Positions 13,601 through 25,911 of a stretch of DNA of 64,000 nt are shown piece by piece; positions within the stretch are counted from its first letter, which is position 1; each line of letters begins with the position of its first letter. The stretch covers positions 1,052,156 through 1,116,155 of the forward strand of contig JAAOMT010000523.1 of assembly GCA_016748015.1 (NCBI GenBank), given 5' to 3'. Source of the stretch: Geosiphon pyriformis uo1 (lineage: Eukaryota > Fungi > Glomeromycota). Made by a program: the position numbers and the translations under genes. Below the pieces are notes generated by a model. The model was not told the origin of the DNA and ran no database searches. It worked only from the letters and a program-made list of their open reading frames with translations.

Positions 13601-14990
13601 AAAACCTTCAGATCCATTAAAACCTTCAGATACTACACCTTCAGAACATCATCAACAGAAGTAGCTTTTGAGCACCAAGTTACGGGTTGTTATTTACTTC
13701 AACAGCAGAAATAATCCCTTGTAATACTGACCAGCTCAGACAATCATTGTCACTGCTGATGGCATGAAAAAGACTCCAGTAGGAGAGATTGACAACTTCT
13801 TATTCACAATTGACGGAATCACCATTCCAGTTAAAGTTCTGGTCATGGATGCTCTCCAATATCAAGCTTTTGTTGAAAACAATTGGCTCCAAAAAGCCAA
13901 TGCTAATCTAAATTAGAAAACACAAGAGTTAACAATCTCCTACTAAGGACAACATGCCCAAGTACCTGCCACTTGTGGTACATTCAACAAACACTCTGAA
14001 AAAGCTCTGGCTTTTGAATTCGAACCAGAAGAAAAGAAACCCATCATTGAAACATTTATGGCACTTGGATCAACCTCCAATTGGGCTGATGAAACTGAAC
14101 AACAGTATTTTTCAACATATGATTCTCTTGAAACAAAAGAACCAGTAACATTCGGATGGAATGTCCCCTATTTAAAACCAGAACCACAAAAACAATGCCC
14201 TTACCTTCCACTTAAATGCAAAGATTGTCACAAAAAACTTTTATCAATGGGAGCCTGTATTTCACCTGAAGAAGAATATGAAAATCATACTTGTTATTAC
14301 TGCAAGGCTTGCCACAGAAAATGATGGGGCCACCTAATAAAAAGAAGTGGAAAATGTGACAACACCCCTTGTTTGACTTGTGGAGATATGCTACCAGAAG
14401 AATACAATTGGATTGATATAACAATGAAAGGAGGAGTCTGCGATCAAACCTGCCAATATGCTTTATCAATTTCAGAAAAAGTCAAAAGAGGAACACTTTT
14501 TGATGCTGCTTACAATAGCATCCTCAACAAACTGTACTACTACCTTCACGATGCCGAAATGATTTTCAATTTAGCAATGGCTTTAATCAATAGAGCCACT
14601 CAAGAAAATGTTCATCAAATAAAAGAATCAAAATACATTGCATACACCTTTGAAATCACTGAATACAACTACAAAGATGAAGTAGAAGTATATCACCAAA
14701 TTGCCAGTCACATCTACCTAACCAAAGAAGTTCAAGCTCAACGGCTAGAGCAAATGAACATTAAATTATGTGAAGAGTGTATAATACCATGTGACGAACA
14801 ATGGTGTCCTGAATGCTATGCCCTTAGCATTCCATTACCCAACAAAAGTAATGAATATGAAATCAATTTTGGTGAATCTGAAGCAACAGAATAAATTGAA
14901 ACAACACTCATCTATCTCATTAAAAATCAGCCTGCTTTACAACTCAAATACTTCAACGACAACAGACAAGAAATAAAATCTGAAAAAGCA
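10693..14990 (+). pseudogene. A1 gag-protease-Cys-rich polyprotein remnant, split by the solo LTR
   Basis: Capsid from MTAYITK (11424), CCHC knuckle CHYCEIPGHWKKDC, protease LILDSGSARS, and CxxC clusters at about 14210-14830. Confidence 0.88.
12846..13726 (+). repeat. Solo LTR of a B-related subfamily inside the A1 protease
   Basis: TGTTAC...GTAATA (decayed GTAACA), homologous to the reverse complement of the B LTRs. Flanks CCAA and CTGA; the intact paralogue A3 has a single CCGA at this site (VDRPAQ). Confidence 0.9.
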
Positions 14991-17900
14991 GTGTTGTTTG
15001 TGTTGTATCTTGTTTTATTGTTTAATAAGTAAATAGTACTAATGATATAAATAAATTCTATTTGTTCTGAGTTTTTTGACTGATTTTGGCTATTGTTTTG
15101 CATAATGTTTTATTAAACCTTTCAACTAAATTATTTGTTTGTAAATAATATGAAAATAATAATGATTGTTTAATTCCAAATCTTTGACTTAATTTTGTCA
15201 ATTTTTTGTTCATAAAATAAGTTTCTTGGTCTAATAACAATTTTTTTGGACATTTATATTGACAAATTAAATCATAATATATAAATTTTGCATCTGTTTT
15301 TTGAATGATTTTAGCTTTTGGCCATTTTGTAAAATATTTTATAACTACTACTATGTATTAATTGCCTCTATTGATTATGATTAATGATTTTACTAAGTCA
15401 ATTCTAATTTAATTAAATAATTGTTTTATTTTAATTGGTTTTAATGATTTGCTAAGTTTTGTTCTTCCTTTTTTTTAATAAATATTATAATTCAAACATA
15501 TTAAATAATGTCTAAATATATTAATAATTAATAGTATCTTTTTTTGGTTCTTTCTATGATTGATTTTTTATGAAAATATTCTGTAATTAGATTTAAATAG
15601 ATGTTAAACAATATTGTTTTTTTTTTAATTCTGTAAATACTCTAAGTAACTGGTCTGAATTTTTTCTGTTTTTTTAATATAGTATATTTTGGTAAATAAT
15701 AAAATATTTTAATTGTTGTTTTATGTTGGTTTGTTTTTTTTGAAATATTTTTTCTTAAACTATTAAGTATTAATTTAATGTTAGAATTTTTGATATTTTT
15801 GTGTATTTATTTTTTGTTATATTTTTGGGTTAAAATATTTTTAAATTTGTTTTATTTGTGACAAATCATCAATATTTCTGTTTTTTTTCTCTTTTTATAA
15901 TATACTGTATAATTAAATAGTAATAGTTTTATTTTCTATTTTGTATAGCAATTGTCTCCAAATTTTTGCTTTTAAATAAATATTAATTCTTTGTAATTAA
16001 TATATACATCAAACTTTTGACTCAAGTATTTTTTTCATTTAATGATAATTCAATAAATAGCTAAATGTTTCAATACTAAGATGTTATAGTTTTTTTCAGC
16101 TGGACTCAAACTTTAGCTAACATATGCTACTGAATATTTTTGTTTATTTAATTTTCTTTGTAATAATACTGTTCTTAATTTTTGGTCTAATACATTTGTT
16201 GTAATAATAAATAGTTTATTATAATTCAAATAGATTAATATTAAAGCTTAAATAAGCTTTTTTTAATGTATCAAAAGCTTTTTATTGTTTTTTAATCTAT
16301 TTATATTTGGTGTTTTTTGCTTAAAGCTAATGTAATAGTTGAGTCAGTTTGGAAAAATTCTGAATAAAGTAGCAATAATATTTAGCAAATTTCAAGAATG
16401 TTTTTAATTCAGTTAAATTGGTTAAAACTGGAAAGTTTTTGACTATTTTAATCTTGTCTGAATTTGTTTTTATGTTTTTTTGCTTACAATATGTTCTAAA
16501 AACTTGAATTCTGTTTTTTTAAAGAAGCATTTTGTGGTATTTAACTTTAATTTTGCTCTTTTTAATCTCTTAAACACTTGTTAAAAATGATGAAAATAAT
16601 CATTAAATGTTTTGGAAAACATATTGATATTATTTAAGTAAACTACTACTGATTTCTATAATAATTCAGTATAAACAATTTTTATTAGCTGTTGAAAAAT
16701 GGCTAAAGTATTAGTTAAGCCAAAAAACATAACATTAAATTCAAAGTTTTTTTCTTTAGTAGTAAATACTATTTTTTTTTATCAGCTGAATTTATAGCTA
16801 CTTGTTAATATTTACTGTCTAAGTTCAATATAAAAAACTATTTTTTTTTCTAAAAACATTAAATAATTTTTAAATTTATAAAATTGGGTATTTGTTTCCA
16901 TAAGTAATACTGTTGAGTTTTCTATAATCTATACAAAAGTAGATTTTTCCATTTTTTTCCAAACAAATATTAGTAGTAATAACCATAAACTCATTAATAA
17001 TTGAATTAATTTATTGTTTAATATATAGTTAATTTCTTAATAAATAATTTTATAACTAATAAGTAATACTTAGTATGTTTTTTATTTAATTGATATTGTA
17101 TCTCCAGTTTTGATTTGGTGCTTAATAATATTAGTTCTGCCAAATTCGTTTTTACTTGCAAAAATATTAGTGAAATTATTAAGTAATAGCTTAATTTATA
17201 TATATTAAAGTAAGTTTAAGTTTCCTAAGTTTATTTGTTTCAATTGTTTTGGTTATAGCAAATAGTATTTTTTTTGTTTATAAATGGCTTGTAATATAAT
17301 ATTTACATATTTACATAGTTGTAAAAAATCTAAAATGATGGTTGGTACTTGATTTTTAACTTTAATACTTAAGTATTTAATAATAGTTCTACTTGGTATT
17401 TCTATTAGATCTTTAATTATATTGTGTATTAAAATTTTAATGTGTTTATGATTTTTGGCTGATATGTAGAAATTGGTAACAGGAATCTTTTCTGACTTAC
17501 AAATGATAAGATTTACTTCAAAAATCTGGAGTTAATTTTTTACTTTTCTTTTAATAACTAATATATATTGGTTATATAATAAGATAAAAATTAATTAATA
17601 AGTAAAAATAATTTTTTTCTAATTAATTGTTTTTTTTTTATTATATTGACTGGTATTTTTATTCTATTTATGGATCTAAATTCATTTATTTTTTTTGCTG
17701 TTATCCCTAATTTTTCTCTTATTTTTATTAATATTAATTGAGTTATTTTTATCAGAGACAGAAATATTGCCTGTGCTATTTTTTTATTTGGTTTAATTAT
17801 ATATGTTTTTTTCGACTTATTTTGTAATATTGCAATAATATTTCTTATATATTTTGCATTAATTATTTCTTTTCTAATATTAATCTCTTTTTTGCTAAAT

Positions 17901-18550
17901 TAGATCTAAATATTAATTGTATTATTGTTATTGCTAAAATTTTCAGTGTTAATTTTAAATCTATGTTGGTGTATAAATAGAGTTCCAATTTGATGACAGT
18001 TTTCCCAGAATATCTAAGATCAAACTCTGTATTAGTATCATGTATACATTTTGACATAATATTTTATTGTTATTATTAAATTATTTAAGTTCTTGCTTTA
18101 TTGAAAGATTTAAAAACACAATATATTGTTTAGAGTTTTTATTGAAGTTGAAATTGCTGTTATTGTTATTGTTATTGTAAATAGTATTGAAATTATTATT
18201 GTTATTATTGTTAAAATTTGAATTGAAATTAAGCTTCAATTTTAATTTTAAAGTACAACTGCTAATTAGGGTTTTTTTTTTGGAAATTAAATAAATAATG
18301 TACAGTAGTAAATTGTAAATGAGATTATAATTATTACAATATTTAAAATCACTGAAAATTAGACAATATTTATAGAATTTAGTATTTAATTGCTCTAAAT
18401 ATTATTCTTGTTCTTCTTGTATAGATATTAAATCTTAGTAATGTTTATAAAATTGTTCTGGGTTACTTATAATATTAACAAAAATATTTGAATTTAGAAT
18501 AAGAATAGTTTTAACAAATTCTGGTAGGTTGTTTTTAATTGCCAATATCT
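14991..18550 (-). mobile_element. B0: heavily decayed internal fragment of family B (IN, RNase H, RT, dUTPase, Cys-rich)
   Basis: Colinear with B2 from about 25050 to 28620 but much more AT-rich. Remnants DQETYFMN..SYYLQTNNLVERFNKTL and DTNTEFDLRYSG. Confidence 0.85.
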
Positions 18551-19812
18551 TATTACAATCAGGGAGATTTCCTGATTTGTCAATAAAAATCATTCTTTTT
18601 ATAGCAGTAAAAAAAATTAAAGAAGTTTTTAAAAATGATTATAGAACACTAAACAAAATTTCTGAAATATTACAACATTCAATTACTTTTCTTCTTTATA
18701 AGCTGCCACTACTATCAGAAGACAATGATAGAACTATTATATCTGACTTGTTGTTTGCAGGTATAATGAGAGTTTTAATAATAGTTGACATATGGTATAA
18801 TACTGCTGCTTTTGGTGCTTTGAAAACTAGTAATGCTTCAGAAACTGATAGTGTTTTGGAGACTGTTGCTATAGGTATCAATAAAGTTACTCTGAATCAA
18901 ACTTTGGCTAACAAGATTACTTTTTTCTGTATTAGGAAAAAGAATTAACAGACCTACAAGCAAGAATAATGGCCCAATGAAATTTTCCAGGAACAAGTTT
19001 GTTAATAGAACATTGTTTGAGCAAATCAACTGAAAACAGAGTTCAAATTTACCTTTCTTTAAGAAGAGAAATATGACCAATAATAAAATTCAGAGCATAA
19101 AAATTCTAATATATACCCAATAAATACATTTTCAACTTTGGCATTTGTAATTAAAAAAAAGCTCCATACTAGCAATCATATTCATTATTTAACCAATATT
19201 TAGTATTAGTGAGTAAAAATTTAACTAATAATTTTAAAGATGTATTAAAAATCAACTTTTTTAGAGCAAATAAATCCATGTTGAATGCTTTTCATAATCT
19301 AAACATAATCACACAAAATAAAAATTCAGATCTAGACTTAACATATCATGTTTTAAAAATGTCAATTATAAATAGTAATACACCCAACCCAATATAAACA
19401 AAACTGTATACAATACAATATATTTTTAACTTCTTAAAAAATATTTATTAGACTGTCACATGATTAACTTGATAAGCTTTGAAAACATAATTACTTAAAA
19501 GAAGTATTAGAGAGTTAATAATAGATAATAGTTGTGATTTTATTAACAGATTTATATTTTTTGATAATCTGCTTTTTCACTTGTTACTAAAATTAGTTTC
19601 TAAATATCTAATAATATTTTCTTAATTTATCTTGTTTTAAAAAAGTCTATTCTTTTTATCTGTGCAATTTTACTGAATTTTTTCATTTCTTTACTTAATA
19701 TTCATTCATGGCCAATATCACAAAAAACACAATTAGAGACATTTGAATTTATAAACTGTGTTTTTTTATCTGAACTCGAAATTAATTTGATTTAGTAATA
19801 AAGTTAGAATGT
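18551..19812. other. Unassigned old sequence; possible minus-strand LINE relic at about 18950-19450 and possible LTR-like start TGTCACA at 19454
   Basis: The minus strand is G/T-rich and reads W.YF..*RKVNL.SV.S*FAQ, weakly like LINE WKTFKQWK..D..SPVPVWF. The similarity was judged by eye only. Confidence 0.3.
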
Positions 19813-20652
19813 TGTTATAAGTGATTATTTGGCATTTTAAAGCAAATAACAAACCTGTAATTTGATGCTCAATTGATATAATGATGTTGATTTCTGAAGG
19901 TTTTTGTAATCTGAAAGTTTTGGTAGAGCTTTTTGTATAATAAACAGAGATTCAATAAATGTTTTTCAGTTATCTTCCAGAATTGCAATTCTGTCAAATT
20001 TTTTTCTCAGTATAATAACCAATAATCTTTCTGGTAAGCTATTTTCAAATCTATAAGTTCTCTATTCTTGTTTTATAAGTCTTTTACCAGTCTCTATGAC
20101 ATTTGTAACTCAGTGTTTTTAATTCTTAATCAATTAGTAAAACAAAAAAAAATAACAAAAAAATAAAAAAAAATAAAGAAATAAGCCAAAGCAATAAATG
20201 TTAGTATCCTATCAATAGCTGTGATCAAGAGCTATTGTTCCAGTATAGTTAAGTATCAATTACTATCAACATGAAGTGTTAATAATAGAGAGTGGATTGA
20301 AATAGTGAATAATTATTTATTAATATTTGTAGTGTGGAAGGTTACTTAGATCAAATCTAAAACTGAGAGGTTTGTCTTTTCCACTTCTAATATTACTGTT
20401 ATATATACATAATTGAGATTCCTTAATTCCTCAATTCTTTACACCAGGAATCCTGAAATTTCTGGAATTCTGTAATTCTTTTAGAAAAAAATCTTGAAAT
20501 TCTGGAATTCTGTGATTCTTTGTATGAGAATTCTAAGATTCCTGAAATCCTGCAATTTCTCTGAGAAGAATTCTGAAATTCTACATTTACTATGTCTACT
20601 TCTGATTGGCTAATTTATGTGCTAATATACTTCTTATATTTTATTAGTAACA
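19813..20652 (-). repeat. B1 3' LTR
   Basis: TGTTA...TAACA termini. PPT AAAAAGGAGAGAATAA on the minus strand immediately upstream (20653-20668). Confidence 0.9.
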
Positions 20653-20666
20653 TTATTCTCTCCTTT

Positions 20667-21296
20667 TTATTATTGAGCTCTGTCAAGATCTCCTAATTCT
20701 AATTTTCTATCTTTGAGTATTTCTTGAACTTTTTTTTCGAGAATTACTTGTGTTATCTTGTTTTGTAATTCCTCAAATTGGGCATTGGTTATTTTTTCCA
20801 TTTGGTTAATGATGATGAAATTCATTGTTGGATTGAGTAAAATTTCTGGTTGGTCTTAAAATTTAGTATATAGTCAATAAATGGCTTTTGCTTGTGTGGT
20901 CAGATTGTTTTTCTCCACAAATTGTTCTAGTTGTTATAGTATTGTTGTATTAAATAATCATTTTGTTTTATCTGTGTATAAATTCTGAATATTCAAGTGT
21001 TATCTCAAGTAGAAGTAACAAAAGTTTCTTGGAAATTGTTGTATTCACCAATTCCAAGTTTCTATAGTCAATTCTTGATATGGAGTGATATTTGTTAGCT
21101 CTTTTATTGCCAATTTTACTTTTAGAATTATTTTGTTGATAGTGCTTTCTGATTTTTTCTGTACTTTGTATTGACATATTTTTCTGGTATCTTGGTATTG
21201 AATAGTTTATTAATTAATAGTAATTTCCATATTCTGTTGTTAAATCAGTTGGAAGAGTTGTTGTGTCAGTATGTGTATGTTGTCAGTAATTTTTAT
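20667..21296 (-). pseudogene. B1 ORF3 (unknown helical protein)
   Basis: Colinear with B2 ORF3; start decayed to ATA; several stops. Confidence 0.7.
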
Positions 21297-21353
21297 TTTT
21301 TTTTTGTTGTCTTTGTTGCATATACCGTGTTTTTTTATACTTTTTTGGTTTGT

Positions 21354-22736
21354 TTAATTTGACATGTTTGGTTTAATGATTATAATTGGTTCCAAATCTT
21401 GTGGAATCTCATTTGGTTGGACTATTATTCTTTGTACTCTCAGTTGTGAAATATTACTAGTAGATGCTGATGCTCTATTGTAATATAGTTTTAGTTAATC
21501 TCCATGTACTGCTTTGGTTAAGATTTTGTTGTTCAATCTTAATTTATAAGCTCCGTTTCCAAGAATTTTTTCTATGTAAAATAGTCTGTCTTATTTGGGG
21601 TCAAATTTTCTACTCTATTGTTTTTCCACTTTGGTATGATATAGAAGTACTTTGTCTTCAATTTTGAATTTAACTGGTTTATCTGGTAGTTGATTATTAT
21701 GTCTTTCTTTTTGTTTTTTTTGTGACTTTTGAATATTATCAGCTGCTCTTTGTCATTTGTTTTCTAGTGTCTCTATTAAGTCAAATGTTTTTCTCAACAA
21801 TGTTTTTTGAAAATTCTCTTCTGTTATTGGTTCTGTTGGATATGTTTTGACTTTTATCTCAACTGGTAATATTGTTGTTTTACTATATACTAATTTAAAT
21901 GGTGTTGTTTGTATAGTGTCTTGTTTTATTGTTTAGTAAGCAAATAATACTGATGGTATAAACAAATCCCATTTGTCCTGGTTTTCTTGGCTGATTTTGG
22001 CAATTGCTTCACACAATGTTCTATTAAATCTTTCTACTAGCCCATTGGTTTGTGAATGATATGGTAATAATAATGGTCTTTTTATTCCAAATTTTTGACT
22101 TAATTCTGCCAATGTTCTATTCACAAAATGAGTTTCTTGGTCAGATAATAATTCTTTTGGACATTTGTGTCAACAAATTAGATCTTGATAAATGAATTCA
22201 GCAATAGATTCTGTATCTGTTTTTTGAATGGCTTTTGCTTCTGGCTATTTTGTAAGATAGTTTATGGCTACTGCAATATATCTGTTGTCTCTGCTGGTTA
22301 TTGTTAATGGTCTAACTAAGTCAATTTCAATACAATCAAATGGTTGTCTCACTTTAATTGGTCTTAATGGCTCACTGGGTTTTGTTCCTCCTTTTCTCTG
22401 ACAAGCATCACAATTTTGAACATATTGGATGATGTCTGAATACATAGATGGCCAATAGTATCTTTTTCTAATTTTTTTTATGGTTGCTTCTTTGTAAAAA
22501 TGTCCTGCTGTTAAGTCTGAATACATGTTAAATAATATTGTTTCTTTTTCTGGTTCTGTAATTACTCTGGTTGGTTGATCTGGATTTCTTTTGTTTTTTT
22601 GGTAAAGTATATTTTGATGGTTGATAAAATATTTTGATTGTTGTTTTATGTTGTTTTGTTCCTTTTGAGATAATTTCTCCTTAAACAATTGGGTATTTAT
22701 GTAATGTTGGAGTTGTTAGTATTTTTGTATATTCAT
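21354..22736 (-). pseudogene. B1 integrase, separate ORF
   Basis: ATG at 22736 (MNIQKY). HHCC remnant (GHF..CDACQ), IDLV, PYHSQTNGLVERFN, GPF-type C-terminus. Confidence 0.88.
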
Positions 22737-22936
22737 CTTTTATTATATTTTTGAGTTGAAATGTTTTTAAATTTGTCTTATTCATAACAAGCTGTCTGCA
22801 TTTTCATTTTTTTTCCTTTTTTGTAATGTACTGTATAATTAAATAGTAAAATTTCTATTTTCCATCTGACATAATAATTGTCTGCAAATTTTTTGTTTTT
22901 GAATTAAAGTCAATACTTTGTGATTAGTGTACACAT

Positions 22937-23792
22937 TGTTACAGATGATTATTTGGGATCTCAAATCAAATAACAAACCCATAACTTGGTACTTGATTGA
23001 TACAATAATGTTAGTGGTTTCTGAAGGTGGTTTTTCTGAAGATTATGTTATGAAGTTTTTTGTATAATAAACAGAGATTTAATTGATTGTTTTATCCATA
23101 GCTTCTCAAAACCGCAATTTCGTCAAATTTTTTTTTCAGTGTGGTGGCTGGTAATTCTTCTGGTAAGCTATCTTCAAATCTATGAGTGTTTTACCCTTGT
23201 TTTACAGGTCTTTTATCAGTCCCTATGATGTCTGTATCCCAGCACTTAATTCTTAATCAATTTAGTAAAACCAAAGAAATAACAAAAAGAAATAAAAGAA
23301 AATAAAAAAAGATAACAAAATGAGTAAAAGTAATTACAAGTTAGTATTCTGTCAATAGCCATGATCAAGAGCTATTGTTCCAGTATAGTTAAGTATTAAT
23401 TACTATCAACATTTTATGTTAATAGTGGAGAATAATTATTTATTAATATTTGTGAGTTGGAAGATTGCTTAGATGAAATCTAAACTGAGAGATCTCTAAC
23501 TAAAGGATTCTGTTTTTTCTTTTTTTAGCACTACTGCTATATATACATAATTGAGATTTCTTAATTCTTCAATTTTTCACACCAGGAATCCTGGAATTCC
23601 TAGAATTTTGCAATTTTTTTTTGAGAGGAATCCTGGAATTCTGAAATCCTGCAATTGCTTATATGAGAATTCTGAAATTCCTGAAATCCTGCAATTTCTT
23701 TTGAGAGGAATCCTGGAATTCCGCATTTACTATAGCTACTTCTAATTGGCTAATTTATATGCTAATATACTTCCTATGTTCTATAAGTAACA
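22937..23792 (-). repeat. B2 3' LTR
   Basis: TGTTAC...GTAACA; PPT adjacent at 23793-23808; matches 51677-52469. Confidence 0.93.
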
Positions 23793-23806
23793 TTATTCTC
23801 TCCTTT

Positions 23807-24445
23807 TTAATATTGAGCTCCATCAAGATTTTCCAAATCTTTTAACTCTAATTTTCTGTCTTTGAATATTTCTTGAACTCCTTTTTCGAGAATTATTTGA
23901 GTTATTTTGTTCTGTAATTTTTCAAACTGGGTGTTGGTTATCTTTCCCATTTGGTTAACTATAATGGAGTCCATTTCTGGATTAAGTAAAATTTCTAGTC
24001 TGTCATGGAATCTAGTATGCAATTAATAGATGGCTCTTACTTGTGTTGTTAGATTGTTTTTTCCCACAAATTGTTCCAGTTGTTGCAGTATTGTTGTGTT
24101 GAATAATTGTTTTGTTTTATCTGTGTATAAGTTCTGAATATTCAAGTGTTACCTCAAGTGGAAGTAACAAAAGTTTCTTGGAAATTTGTGTATCCACCAT
24201 TTCCAAGTCTCTTTGGTTAACTTTTGATATGTGGTAATACTTGTTGGTTCTTCTATTGCTAATTTTATTTTCAGAACCATTTTGTTAATAGTGTTTTCTG
24301 TTTTTCTTTGACTTTTGTATTTGGGTATCTTTCTGGTATCTCAGTATCAAATGGTTTGTTGATTGATAGTAATTTCTATATTTTGTTGTTGGATCAGTTG
24401 AAAGATTTGTTGTATAAGTGAGTGAATGTTGTCAGTAATTTCCAT
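23807..24445 (-). pseudogene. B2 ORF3, 212 aa when read through internal stops
   Basis: MEITDNIHSLIQQ...CYFHLR*HL...RAIY*LHTRF...QMGKITNTQFEKL...LDGAQY*. The 639-nt frame is preserved. Confidence 0.8.
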
Positions 24446-24505
24446 TTTTCTGAAGTCTTCTGTCACATTTACCATGTTTTTATATCCTCTTTTTATTGTT
24501 CAATT

Positions 24506-25881
24506 TTATGTGTTTGGTCCAATGATTATGATTGGTTCCAAATCTCATGGAATCTTATTTGGTTGGATTAGTATTCTAGTATTCCTAATTGTAGAATATT
24601 ATTGGTGGATGGTAACACTATATGGTAATATGGTTTCAGTCAATCACTATGTGCTGCTTTGGCTAAGATTTTGTTGTTCTATCTTAATTTATAAGCTTCA
24701 TTTCCAAGAATTTCTTCTATGTAAAATGATTTGTCTCATTTGGGGTCAAATTTTTCACTCTATTGTTTTTCCACTTTGATACGATGTAGAAGTACTTTGT
24801 CTCCAATCTTGAATTCAACTGGTTTCTCTAATAGTTGGTTATCATGTCTTTTTTTTTGTTTTTTTTGTAACTTTTAGATGTTATCAGCTGCTTTTTGCTG
24901 TTTGTTTTCTAGTGTTTTCATTAAGTCATATGTTCTTTTTAGCAACATTTCCTGAAAATTGTCTTCAGTTATTGGTTTTGTTAGATAAGTATTGACTTCT
25001 ATCTCAACTGGTAATGTTGCTGTTCTACTATATACTAATTCAAATGGTGTTGTTTGTATAGTGTCTTGTTTTATTGTTTGGTAAGCAAATAATACTGATG
25101 GTATAAACAAATCCCATTTGTTCTGGTTTTCTTGGCTGATTTTGGCAATTGCTTCACACAATGTTCTATTAAATTTTTTTACTAGCCCATTGGTTTGTGA
25201 ATGATATGGTAATAATAATGGTCTTTTAATTCCAAATCTTTGGCTTAATTCTGTCAATGTTTTGTTCACAAAGTAAGTTCCTTGATCTGATAGTAGTTCT
25301 TTTGGACATCTGTGTCGACAGATCAAATCTTGATAAACAAATTTGGCAATGGATTCTGCATCTGCTCTTTGAATAGCTTTTGCTTCTGGCCATTTTGTGA
25401 GATAATTCATGGCTACTGCAATATATCTGTTGTCTCTGCTGGTAATTGTTAATGATCCAACTAAGTCAATTCCAATATGGTCAAATAGTTGTCTCACTTT
25501 GATTGGTCTCAATGGTTCACCGGGTTTTGTTTCATCTCTTCTTTGACAAACATCACAACTTTGAACATATTGAATAATGTCCAGATATATTAATAGCCAA
25601 TAATATCTTTTCTTGGTTTTTTCCATGGTTGCTTCTTTGTGAAAATGTTCTGTTGTTAGATCTGAATGCATGTTGAATAGTATTGTTTCTTTTTCTGATT
25701 CTGTGATTACTCTGGTTGGTTAATCTGGATTTCTTTTGTTCTTTTGGTAAAGTATATTTTGATAGTTTATAAAATGTTTTGATTGTTGTTTTATGTTGTT
25801 TTGTTCCTTTTGAGATAATTTTTCCTTGAACAATTGGGTATTTATATAATGTTAGAGTTGTTGGTATTTTTGTATATTCAT
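24506..25881 (-). pseudogene. B2 integrase, separate ORF
   Basis: ATG at 25881. MHSD..EHF..CDVCQ, GIDLVG, SDQGT, PYHSQTNG. Confidence 0.9.
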
Positions 25882-25911
25882 TTTTTGTTATATTTTTGGG
25901 TTGAAATTTTT

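Larger units (their letters stand above)
9662..14990 (+). mobile_element. Gypsy element A1, 3'-truncated
   Basis: 5' LTR, PBS, gag, protease (ILDSG) and Cys-rich domain. Breaks abruptly at the dUTPase N-terminus (IKSEKA). Confidence 0.92.

Noticed and set aside
13481-13714. 77-aa ORF inside the solo LTR
   Set aside because: Not listed as an intact ORF in the other B LTRs and has no recognisable motif.
24426-24779. Hydrophobic antisense ORFs (e.g. 24426-24779, 9374-9712, 21171-21362) as env or membrane proteins
   Set aside because: They are opposite-strand or off-frame shadows of compositionally biased TE coding sequence, and their boundaries differ between copies.
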